64,000 bases of DNA from Eledone cirrhosa. Lineage: Eukaryota. Position 1 is the first letter of the stretch. Each line of letters begins with the position of its first letter. This document shows positions 39,901 to 53,600 of the stretch, one piece after another. Made by a program: the position numbers and the translations under genes. The notes under the pieces were generated by a model. That model saw nothing but the letters and a program-made list of their open reading frames with translations, did not search any database and had not been told where the DNA came from. The DNA is taken from assembly GCA_964016885.1 (NCBI GenBank), contig OZ024742.1, forward strand, positions 168,144,001-168,208,000. Reading direction: 5' to 3'.

Positions 39901-42900
39901 AAAAAAAATCCATTAAAAATCCATTAAAAAAATCCATTTAAAAAAATCCATTAAAAAATCCATTAAAAATCCATTAAAAATCCATTAAAAAATCCATTTA
40001 AAAAACCCATTAAAAAAAATCCATTAAAAAAATCCATTTAAAAAATCCATTAAAAAAAATCCATTAAAAAAAACCCATTAAAAAAAATCCATTAAAAAAA
40101 TCCATTTAAAAAATCCATTAAAAAAAATCCATTAAAAAAATCCATTTAAAAAAATCCATTAAAAAAATCCATTTAAAAAATCCATTAAAAAATCCATTTA
40201 AAAAATCCATTAAAAAAAATCCATTAAAAAAAACCATTAAAAAATCCATTAAAAAAAATCCCATTAAAAATACATTAAAGGCCCATTAAAAACGCCATAA
40301 AAAATCCATTAAAAAAATCCATTAAAAAAAAACTCAATCAAAAACCCATAAAAGAAACATTAAAACAGCATTTAAAAAATCCATTAAAAAAATCCATTTA
40401 AAAAAATCCATTAAAAAATCCATTAAAAATCCATTAAAAATCCATTAAAAAATCCATTAAAAATCCATTAAAAATCCATTAAAAATCCATTAAAAAATCC
40501 ATTTAAAAAAATCCATTAAAAAAATCCATTAAAAAATCCATTTAAAAAATCCATTTAAAAAAATCCATTAAAAAAAATCCATTAAAAAAAAATCCATTAA
40601 AAAAAATCCATTAAAAAAAAAATCCGTTAAAAAAAATCCATTAAAAACTCAATCAAACACCCAATTAAAAGGCCATAAAAGAAACATTAAAACAGCATTT
40701 AAAATACCATTAAAAACGCCATAAAAAATCATTAAAATTGTTTTTTATGAAATTTATAATATGGCTTTTAATGAACTTTTTAATGGGCTTTTAGAATCAT
40801 TAAAATCCCATTAAAAATACATTAAAGGCCCATTAAAAACGCCATAAAAAATCCATTAAAAAAAATCCATTAAAAAAAATTTCAATCAAAAACCCATAAA
40901 AGAAACATTAAAACAGCATTTAAAAAACCCATTAAAAATTCATTAAAAAAATCCATTTAAAAAATCCATTAAAAATCCATTAAAAATCCATTAAAAATCC
41001 ATTAAAAATCCATTAAAAATCCATTAAAAATCCATTAAAAATAATCCATTAAAAAAAAATTCAATCAAAAACCCATAAAAGAAACATTAAAACAGCATTT
41101 AAAAAATCCATTAAAAAAAATCCATTTAAAAAAATCCATTAAAAAAGCCATTAAAAATCCATTAAAAATCCATTAAAAAAATCCATTAAAAAAAAATCCA
41201 TTAAAAAAAATCCATTAAAAATCCATTAAAAAATCCATTTAAAAAAATCCATTAAAAAATCCATTAAAAATCCATTAAAAATCCATTAAAAAATCCATTT
41301 AAAAAACCCATTAAAAAAATCCATTTAAAAAATCCATTTAAAAAATCCATTAAAAAAAATCCATTTAAAAAAACCCATTAAAAAAAATCCATTAAGAAAA
41401 TCCATTTAAAAAATCCATTAAAAAAAATCCATTAAAAAAAATCCATAAAAAAAAATCCATTAAAAAAAATCCATTAAAAAAAAATCCGTTAAAAAAAATC
41501 CATTTAAAAAAAATCCGTTAAAAAAAATCCATTAAAAGCTCAATCCCATTAAAAACGCCATAAAAATCATTAAAATCCAATTAAAGATACATTAAAGGCC
41601 CATTAAAAACGCCATAAAAAATCCAAAAAAATCCATTAAAAAAAACTCAATCAAAAACCCATAAAAGAAACATTAAAACAGCATTTAAAAAATCCATTAA
41701 AAATCCATTAAAAAAATCCATTTAATAAAATCCATTAAAAAATCCATTAAAAATCCATTAAAAACCCATTAAAAATCCATTAAAAATCCATTAAAAATCC
41801 ATTAAAAAACCCATTTAAAAAAATCCATTAAAAAAATCCATTAAAAAAATCCATTAAAAAAAGCCATTAAAAAAATCCATTAAAAAAAGCCATTTAAAAA
41901 ATCCATTAAAAAAAAATCCATTAAAAATCCATTAAAAAATCCATTTAAAAAAATCCATTAAAAACCCATTAAAAATCCATTAAAAAATCCATTAAAAAAC
42001 CCATTAAAAAAAATCCATTAAAAAAATCCATTTAAAAAATCCATTAAAAAAAAATCCATTTAAAAAACCCATTAAAAAAAATCAATTAAAAAAATCCATT
42101 TAAAAAATCCATTAAAAAAATCCATTAAAAAAAATCCATTAAAAGCTCAATCAAAAACCCATTAAAAACGCCATAAAAAATCATTAAAATCCCATTAAAA
42201 ATACATTAAAGGTCCATTAAAAACGCCATAAAAAATCCATTAAAAAAATCCATTAAAAAAAAACTCAATCAAAAACCCATAAAAGAAACATTAAAACATA
42301 ATTTAAAAAATCCATTAAAAAAATCCATTAAAAAAAATCCATTAAAAATCCATTAAAAATCCATTGAAAATTCATTAAAAAATCCATTTAAAAAATCCAT
42401 TAAAAAAATCCATTAAAAAAATCCATTTAAAAAATCCATAAAAAAAACCCATTAAAAAAAATCCATTAAAAAAAAAATCCATTAAAAAAAATCCATTAAA
42501 AAAAATCCATGAAAAATCCATTAAAAAAATCCATTTAAAAAAAATTCATTAAAAAATCCATTAAAAATCCATTAAAAATCCATTTAAAAAAATCCATTTA
42601 AAAAATCCATTTAAAAAACCCATTACAAAAAATCCATTAAAAAAAATCCATAAAAAAAAAGCCATTAAAAAAAATCCATTATAAAAAATCTATTAAAAAT
42701 CCATTAAAAATCAATTAAAAATCCATTAAAAATCCATTAAAAATCCATTAAAAATCCATTAAAAATCCATTAAAATCCATTAAAAATCCATTAAAAATCC
42801 ATTAAAAATCCATTAAAAATCCATTAAAAATCCATTAAAAATCCATTAAAAATCCATTAAAAATCCATTAAAAATCCATTAAAAAATCCATTTAAAAAAT

Positions 42901-45900
42901 CCATTAAAAAATCCATTAAAAAATCCATTTAAAAAATCCATTAAAAAAATCCATTAAAAAAAAATCCATTAAAAAAAAAATCCATTAAAAAAAATCAATT
43001 TAAAAAAATCCATTAAAAATCCATTAAAAAAATCCATTTAAAAAAATCCATTAAAAACCCATTAAAAACCCATTAAAAATCCATTAAAAATCCATTTAAA
43101 AAACCCATTAAAAAAAATCCATTAAAAAAAATCCATTTAAAAAATCCATTAAAAAAAATCCATTTAAAAAACCCATTAAAAAAATCCATTAAAAAAATCC
43201 ATTTAAAAAATCCATTAAAAAAAATTCATTAAAAAAAAATCCATAAAAAAATCCATTAAAAAAATCCATTAAAAAAAATCCATTAAAAAAAATCCATTAA
43301 AAATCCATTAAAAAAATCCATTTAAAAAAATCCATTAAAAAATCCATTAAAAAACCCATTAAAAATCCGTTACAAATCCATTAAAAATCCATTAAAAATC
43401 CATTTAAAAAACCCATTAAAAAAATCCTTTTAAAAAATCCATTAAAAAAATCCATTAAAAAAAACCCATTAAAAAAAATCCATAAAAAAAATCCATTAAA
43501 AAAATCCATTAAAAAAAAATCCGTTAAAAAAATCCATTAAAAATCCATTAAAAATCCATTAAAAAATCCATTTAAAAAACCCATTAAAAAAATCCATTAA
43601 AAAAATCCATTTATAAAATCCATTAAAAAATCCATTAAAAAAAAACCCATTAAAAAAAAATCCATTTAAAAAATCCATTAAAAAAAATCCATTAAAAAAA
43701 ATCCATAAAAAAATCCATTAAAAAAGTCCATAAAAATCCATTAAAAAAATCCATTTAAAAAAATCCATTTAAAAATCCATTAAAAACCCATTAAAAATCC
43801 ATTAAAAATCCATTAAAAATCCATTAAAAAATCCATTAAAAAAATCCATTTAAAAAACCCATAAAAGAAACATTAAAACAGCATTTAAAAAACCCATTAA
43901 AAATTCATTAAAAAAATCCATTTGAAAAATCCATTAAAAATCCATTAAAAATCCATTAAAAATCCATTAAAAATCCATTTAAAAAAATCCATTAAAAAAA
44001 TCCATTAAAAAATCCATTTAAAAAATCCATTAAAAAAAATCCATTAATAAAAACTCAATCAAAAACCCATAAAAGAAACATTAAAACAACATTTAAAAAA
44101 TCCATTAAAAAAATCCATTTAAAAAAATCCATTAAAAAATATATTAAAAATCCATTAAAAATCCATTAAAAATCCATTAAAAACGCCATAAAAAATCATT
44201 AAAATTGTTTTTTATGAAATTTATAATATGGCTTTTAATGAATTTTTTAATGGGCTTTTAGAATCATTAAAATCCCATTAAAAATACATTAAAGGCCCAT
44301 TAAAAACGCCATAAAAAATCCATTAAAAAAATCCATTAAAAAAAAACTCAATCAAAAACCCATAAAAGAAACATTAAAACAGCATTTAAAAAATCCATTA
44401 AAAATCCATTAAAAAAAAATCCATTAACAAAATCCATTAAAAATCCATTAAAAAAATCCATTTAAAAAAATCCATTAAAAAATCCATTAAAAACCCATTA
44501 AAAATCCATTAAAAATCCATTAAAAATCCATTAAAAAATCCATTTAAAAAACCCATTAAAAAAATCCATTAAAAAATCCATTTAAAAATCCATTAAAAAA
44601 AATCCATTTAAAAAAACCCATTAAAAAAAATCCATTAAAAAAATCCATTTAAAAAATCCATAAAAAAAAATCCATAAAAAAAATCCATTAAAAAAAATCC
44701 GTTAAAAAAAAAATCCGTTAAAAAAAATCCATTAAAAATCCATTAAAAATCCATTAAAAATCCATTAAAAATCAATTTAAAAAAATCCATTAAAAAAATC
44801 CATTAAAAAAATCCATTTAAAAAATCCATTAAAAAAAATCCATTAAAAAAAATCCATTAAAAAAAATCAATTTAAAAAAATCCATTAAAAATCCATTAAA
44901 AAAATCCATTTAAAAAAATCCATTAAAAACCCATTAAAAATCCATTAAAAATCCATTAAAAAATCCATTTAAAAAAACCATTAAAAAAAATCCATTAAAA
45001 AAATCCATTTAAAAAATCCATTAAAAAAAATCCATTAAAAAAACCCATTAAAAAAAATCCATTAAAAAAATCCATTTAAAAAATCCATTAAAAAAAATCC
45101 ATTAAAAAAATCCATTTAAAAAAATCCATTAAAAAAATCCATTTAAAAAATCCATTAAAAAATCCATTTAAAAAATCCATTAAAAAAATCCATTAAAAAA
45201 AACCATTAAAAAATCCATTAAAAAAAATCCCATTAAAAATACATTAAAGGCCCATTAAAAACGCCATAAAAAATCCATTAAAAAATCCATTAAAAAAAAA
45301 CTCAATCAAAAACCCATAAAAGAAACATTAAAACAGCATTTAAAAAATCCATTAAAAAAATCCATTTAAAAAAATCCATTAAAAAATCCATTAAAAATCC
45401 ATTAAAAATCCATTAAAAAATCCATTAAAAATCCATTAAAAATCCATTAAAAATCCATTAAAAAATCCATTTAAAAAAATCCATTAAAAAAATCCATTAA
45501 AAAATCCATTTAAAAAATCCATTTAAAAAAATCCATTAAAAAAAATCCATTAAAAAAAAAATCCGTTAAAAAAAATCCATTAAAAACTCAATCAAACACC
45601 CAATTAAAAGGCCATAAAAGAAACATTAAAACAGCATTTAAAATACCATTAAAAACGCCATAAAAAATCATTAAAATTGTTTTTTATGAAATTTATAATA
45701 TGGCTTTTAATGAACTTTTTAATGGGCTTTTAGAATCATTAAAATCCCATTAAAAATACATTAAAGGCCCATTAAAAACGCCATAAAAAATCCATTAAAA
45801 AAAATCCATTAAAAAAAAATTCAATCAAAAACCCATAAAAGAAACATTAAAACAGCATTTAAAAAACCCATTAAAAATTCATTAAAAAAATCCATTTAAA

Positions 45901-47699
45901 AAATCCATTAAAAATCCATTAAAAATCCATTAAAAATCCATTAAAAATCCATTAAAAATCCATTAAAAATAATCCATTAAAAAAAATTCAATCAAAAACC
46001 CATAAAAGAAACATTAAAACAGCATTTAAAAAATCCATTAAAAAAATCCATTTAAAAAAATCCATTAAAAAAGCCATTAAAAATCCATTAAAAATCCATT
46101 AAAAAAATCCATTAAAAAAAAATCCATTAAAAAAAATCCATTAAAAATCCATTAAAAAAATCCATTTAAAAAAATCCATTAAAAAATCCATTAAAAATCC
46201 ATTAAAAATCCATTAAAAAATCCATTTAAAAAACCCATTAAAAAAAATCCATTAAAAAAATCCATTTAAAAAATCCATTAAAAAAAATCCATTAAAAAAA
46301 ACCCATTAAAAAAAATCCATTAAAAAAATCCATTTAAAAAATCCATTAAAAAAAATCCATTAAAAAAATCCATTTACAAAAATCCATTAAAAAAATCCAT
46401 TTAAAAAATCCATTAAAAAATCCATTTAAAAAATCCATTAAAAAAAATCCATTAAAAAAAACCATTAAAAAATCCATTAAAAAAAATCCCATTAAAAATA
46501 CATTAAAGGCCCATTAAAAACGCCATAAAAAATCCATTAAAAAAATCCATTAAAAAAAAACTCAATCAAAAACCCATAAAAGAAACATTAAAACAGCATT
46601 TAAAAAATCCATTAAAAAAATCCATTTAAAAAAATCCATTAAAAAATCCATTAAAAATCCATTAAAAATCCATTAAAAAATCCATTAAAAATCCATTAAA
46701 AATCCATTAAAAATCCATTAAAAAATCCATTTAAAAAAATCCATTAAAAAAATCCATTAAAAAATCCATTTAAAAAATCCATTTAAAAAAATCCATTAAA
46801 AAAAATCCATTAAAAAAAAATCCATTAAAAAAAATCCATTAAAAAAAAAATCCGTTAAAAAAAATCCATTAAAAACTCAATCAAACACCCAATTAAAAGG
46901 CCATAAAAGAAACATTAAAACAGCATTTAAAATACCATTAAAAACGCCATAAAAAATCATTAAAATTGTTTTTTATGAAATTTATAATATGGCTTTTAAT
47001 GAACTTTTTAATGGGCTTTTAGAATCATTAAAATCCCATTAAAAATACATTAAAGGCCCATTAAAAACGCCATAAAAAATCCATTAAAAAAAATCCATTA
47101 AAAAAAAATCCATTAAAAATCCATTAAAAAAATCCACTTAAAAAAATCCATTTAAAAATCCATTAAAAACCCATTAAAAATCCATTAAAAATCCATTAAA
47201 AATCCATTAAAAAATCCATTAAAAAAATTCAATCAAAAACCCATAAAAGAAACATTAAAACAGCATTTAAAAAACCCATTAAAAATTCATTAAAAAAATC
47301 CATTTAAAAAATCCATTAAAAATCCATTAAAAATCCATTAAAAATCCATTAAAAATCCATTAAAAATCCATTAAAAATCCATTAAAAATAATCCATTAAA
47401 AAAAAATTCAATCAAAAACCCATAAAAGAAACATTAAAACAGCATTTAAAAAATCCATTAAAAAAAATCCATTTAAAAAAATCCATTAAAAAAGCCATTA
47501 AAAATCCATTAAAAATCCATTAAAAAAATCCATTAAAAAAAAATCCATTAAAAAAAATCCATTAAAAATCCATTAAAAAATCCATTTAAAAAAATCCATT
47601 AAAAAATCCATTAAAAATCCATTAAAAATCCATTAAAAAATCCATTTAAAAAACCCATTAAAAAAATCCATTTAAAAAATCCATTTAAAAAATCCATTA

Positions 47700-50600
47700 A
47701 AAAAAATCCATTTAAAAAAACCCATTAAAAAAAATCCATTAAGAAAATCCATTTAAAAAATCCATTAAAAAAAATCCATTAAAAAAAATCCATAAAAAAA
47801 AATCCATTAAAAAAAATCCATTAAAAAAAAATCCGTTAAAAAAAATCCATTTAAAAAAAATCCGTTAAAAAAAATCCATTAAAAGCTCAATCCCATTAAA
47901 AACGCCATAAAAATCATTAAAATCCAATTAAAGATACATTAAAGGCCCATTAAAAACGCCATAAAAAATCCATTAAAAAAATCCATTAAAAAAAACTCAA
48001 TCAAAAACCCATAAAAGAAACATTAAAACAGCATTTAAAAAATCCATTAAAAATCCATTAAAAAAATCCATTTAATAAAATCCATTAAAAAATCCATTAA
48101 AAATCCATTAAAAACCCATTAAAAATCCATTAAAAATCCATTAAAAATCCATTAAAAAACCCATTTAAAAAAATCCATTAAAAAAATCCATTAAAAAAAT
48201 CCATTAAAAAAATCCATTAAAAAAAGCCATTAAAAAAATCCATTAAAAAAAGCCATTTAAAAAATCCATTAAAAAAAAATCCATTAAAAATCCATTAAAA
48301 AATCCATTTAAAAAAATCCATTAAAAACCCATTAAAAATCCATTAAAAATCCATTAAAAAACCCATTAAAAAAAATCCATTAAAAAAATCCATTTAAAAA
48401 ATCCATTAAAAAAAAATCCATTTAAAAAACCCATTAAAAAAAATCCATTAAAAAAATCCATTTAAAAAATCCATTAAAAAAATCCATTAAAAAAAATCCA
48501 TTAAAAATCCATTAAAAATCCATTGAAAATTCATTAAAAAATCCATTTAAAAAAATCCATTAAAAAAATCCATTAAAAAAATCCATTTAAAAAATCCATA
48601 AAAAAAAACCCATTAAAAAAAATCCATTAAAAAAAAAATCCATTAAAAAAAATCCATTAAAAAAAATCCATGAAAAATCCATTAAAAAAATCCATTTAAA
48701 AAAAATTCATTAAAAAATCCATTAAAAATCCATTAAAAATCCATTTAAAAAAATCCATTTAAAAAATCCATTTAAAAAACCCATTACAAAAAATCCATTA
48801 AAAAAAATCCATAAAAAAAAAGCCATTAAAAAAAATCCATTATAAAAAATCTATTAAAAATCCATTAAAAATCAATTAAAAATCCATTAAAAATCCATTA
48901 AAAATCCATTAAAAATCCATTAAAAATCCATTAAAAATCCATTAAAATCCATTAAAAATCCATTAAAAATCCATTAAAAATCCATTAAAAATCCATTAAA
49001 AATCCATTAAAAATCCATTAAAAAATCCATTTAAAAAATCCATTAAAAAATCCATTAAAAAATCCATTTAAAAAATCCATTAAAAAAATCCATTAAAAAA
49101 AAATCCATTAAAAAAAAATCCATTAAAAAAAATCAATTTAAAAAAATCCATTAAAAATCCATTAAAAAAATCCATTAAAAAAAATCCATTAAAAACCCAT
49201 TAAAAACCCATTAAAAATCCATTAAAAATCCATTTAAAAAACCCATTAAAAAAAATCCATTAAAAAAAATCCATTTAAAAAATCCATTAAAAAAATCCAT
49301 TAAAAAAACCCATTAAAAAAATCCATTAAAAAAATCCATTTAAAAAAATCCATTAAAAAATCCATTAAAAAACCCATTAAAAATCCATTAAAAATCCATT
49401 AAAAATCCATTAAAAATCCATTTAAAAAACCCATTAAAAAAATCCTTTTAAAAAATCCATTAAAAAAATCCATTAAAAAAAACCCATTAAAAAAAATCCA
49501 TAAAAAAAATCCATTAAAAAAAATCCATTAAAAAAAAATCCGTTAAAAAAATCCATTAAAAATCCATTAAAAATCCATTAAAAAATCCATTTAAAAAACC
49601 CATTAAAAAAATCCATTAAAAAAATCCATTTATAAAATCCATTAAAAAATCCATTAAAAAAAAACCCATTAAAAAAAAATCCATTAAAAAAATCCATTTA
49701 AAAAATCCATTAAAAAAAATCCATTAAAAAAAATCCATAAAAAAATCCATTAAAAAAGTCCATAAAAATCCATTAAAAAAATCCATTTAAAAAAATCCAT
49801 TTAAAAATCCATTAAAAACCCATTAAAAATCCATTAAAAATCCATTAAAAATCCATTAAAAAATCCATTAAAAAAATCCATTTAAAAAACCCATAAAAGA
49901 AACATTAAAACAGCATTTAAAAAACCCATTAAAAATTCATTAAAAAAATCCATTTGAAAAATCCATTAAAAATCCATTAAAAATCCATTAAAAATCCATT
50001 AAAAATCCATTTGAAAAAATCCATTAAAAAAATCCATTAAAAAATCCATTTAAAAAATCCATTAAAAAAAATCCATTAATAAAAACTCAATCAAAAACCC
50101 ATAAAAGAAACATTAAAACAACATTTAAAAAATCCATTAAAAAAATCCATTTAAAAAAATCCATTAAAAAATATATTAAAAATCCATTAAAAATCCATTA
50201 AAAATCCATTAAAAATCATTAAAAATCCATTAAAAATACATTAAAAATCCATTAAAAAATCCATTTAAAAAAATCCATTAAAAAAATCCATTAAAAAAAA
50301 TCCATTAAAAAAAAATCCATTAAAAAAAAATCCATTAAAAAAAATCAATTAAAAAAAATCCATTAAAAATCCATTAAAAAATCCATTTAAAAAATCCATT
50401 AAAAACCCATTAAAAATCCATTAAAAATCCATTAAAAATCCATTTAAAAAACCCATTAAAAAAAATCCATTAAAATAATCCATTTAAAAAATCTATTTAA
50501 AAAAATCCATTAAAAAAAACCCATTAAAAAAAAATCCATTAAAAAAATCCATTTAAAAATCCATTAAAAAAAATCCATTAAAAAAAATCCATAAAAAAAT

Positions 50601-53600
50601 CCATTAAAAAAAATCCATTAAAAAAAATCCATTAAAAATCCATTCAAAAAATCCATTTAAAAAAATCCATTAAAAAATCCATTAAAAATTCATTAAAAAT
50701 CCATTAAAAAATCCATTTAAAAAACCCATTAAAAAAATCCATTTAAAAAATCCATTTAAAAAATCCATTAAAAAAAATCCATTTAAGAAAACCCATTAAA
50801 AAAAATCCATTAAGAAAATCCATTTAAAAAATCCATTAAAAAAAATCCATTAAAAAAAATCCATAAAAAAAATCCATTAAAAAAAATCCATTAAAAAAAA
50901 ATCCGTTAAAAAAAATCCATTAAAAAAAAATCCGTTAAAAAAAATCCATTAAAAAAATCCATTAAAAAAAACTCAATCAAAAACCCATAAAAGAAACATT
51001 AAAACAGCATTTAAAAAATCCATTAAAAATCCATTAAAAAAATCCATTTAAAAAAATCCATTAAAAAATCCATTAAAAATCCATTAAAAATCCATTAAAA
51101 AACCCATTTAAAAAAATCCATTAAAAAAATCCATTAAAAAAATCCATTTAAAAAATCCATTAAAAAAGACATTAAAAAAATCCATTAAAAAAAAGCCATT
51201 AAAAAAATCCATTAAAAAAAAATCCATTAAAAATCCATTAAAAAAATCCATTTAAAAAAATCCATTAAAAACCCATTAAAAATCCATTAAAAAATCCATT
51301 AAAAAACCCATTAAAAAAAATCCATTAAAAAAATCCATTTAAAAAATCCATTAAAAAAAAATCCATTTAAAAAACCCATTAAAAAAAATCCATTAAAAAA
51401 ATCCATTAAAAAAAATCCATTAAAAAAAATCCATTAAAAGCTCAATCAAAAACCCATTAAAAACGCCAGAAAAAATCATTAAAATCCCATTAAAAATACA
51501 TTAAAGGTCCATTAAAAACGCCATAAAAAATCCATTAAAAAAATCCATTAAAAAAATCCATTTAAAAAATCCATTAAAAAAAATCCATTAAAAAAAATCC
51601 ATAAAAAAATCCATTAAAAAAAGTCCATTAAAAATCCATTAAAAAAATCCATTTAAAAAAATCCATTTAAAAATCCATTAAAAACCCATTAAAAATCCAT
51701 TAAAAATCCATTAAAAATCCATTAAAAAATCCATTTAAAAAAAATTCAATCAAAAACCCATAAAAGAAACATTAAAACAGCATTTAAAAAACCCATTAAA
51801 AATTCATTAAAAAAATCCATTTGAAAAATCCATTAAAAATCCATTAAAAATCCATTAAAAATCCATTAAAAATCCATTAAAAATCCATTTAAAAAAATCC
51901 ATTAAAGAAATCCATTAAAAAATCCATTTAAAAAATCCATTAAAAAAAATCCATTTAAAAAAACCCATTAAAAAAAATCCATTAAGAAAATCCATTTAAA
52001 AAATCCATTAAAAAAAATCCATTAAAAAAAATCCATAAAAAAAAATCCATTAAAAAAAATCCATTAAAAAAAAATCCGTTAAAAAAAATCCATTTAAAAA
52101 AAATCCGTTAAAAAAAATCCATTAAAAGCTCAATCCCATTAAAAACGCCATAAAAATCATTAAAATCCAATTAAAGATACATTAAAGGCCCATTAAAAAC
52201 GCCATAAAAAATCCATTAAAAAAATCCATTAAAAAAAACTCAATCAAAAACCCATAAAAGAAACATTAAAACAGCATTTAAAAAATCCATTAAAAATCCA
52301 TTAAAAAAATCCATTTAATAAAATCCATTAAAAAATCCATTAAAAATCCATTAAAAACCCATTAAAAATCCATTAAAAATCCATTAAAAATCCATTAAAA
52401 AACCCATTTAAAAAAATCCATTAAAAAAATCCATTAAAAAAATCCATTAAAAAAATCCATTAAAAAAAGCCATTAAAAAAATCCATTAAAAAAAGCCATT
52501 TAAAAAATCCATTAAAAAAAAATCCATTAAAAATCCATTAAAAAATCCATTTAAAAAAATCCATTAAAAACCCATTAAAAATCCATTAAAAATCCATTAA
52601 AAAACCCATTAAAAAAAATCCATTAAAAAAATCCATTTAAAAAATCCATTAAAAAAAAATCCATTTAAAAAACCCATTAAAAAAAATCCATTAAAAAAAT
52701 CCATTTAAAAAATCCATTAAAAAAATCCATTAAAAAAAATCCATTAAAAATCCATTAAAAATCCATTGAAAATTCATTAAAAAATCCATTTAAAAAAATC
52801 CATTAAAAAAATCCATTAAAAAAATCCATTTAAAAAATCCATAAAAAAAAACCCATTAAAAAAAATCCATTAAAAAAAAAATCCATTAAAAAAAATCCAT
52901 TAAAAAAAATCCATGAAAAATCCATTAAAAAAATCCATTTAAAAAAAATTCATTAAAAAATCCATTAAAAATCCATTAAAAATCCATTTAAAAAAATCCA
53001 TTTAAAAAATCCATTTAAAAAACCCATTACAAAAAATCCATTAAAAAAAATCCATAAAAAAAAAGCCATTAAAAAAAATCCATTATAAAAAATCTATTAA
53101 AAATCCATTAAAAATCCATTAAAAATCCATTAAAAATCCATTAAAAATCCATTAAAAATCCATTAAAAATCCATTAAAAATCCATTAAAATCCATTAAAA
53201 ATCCATTAAAAATCCATTAAAAATCCATTAAAAATCCATTAAAAATCCATTAAAAATCCATTAAAAAATCCATTTAAAAAATCCATTAAAAAATCCATTA
53301 AAAAATCCATTTAAAAAATCCATTAAAAAAATCCATTAAAAAAAATCCATTAAAAAAAAATCCATTAAAAAAAATCAATTTAAAAAAATCCATTAAAAAT
53401 CCATTAAAAAAATCCATTAAAAAAAATCCATTAAAAACCCATTAAAAACCCATTAAAAATCCATTAAAAATCCATTTAAAAAACCCATTAAAAAAAATCC
53501 ATTAAAAAAAATCCATTTAAAAAATCCATTAAAAAAAATCCATTAAAAAAACCCATTAAAAAAATCCATTAAAAAAATCCATTTAAAAAAATCCATTAAA

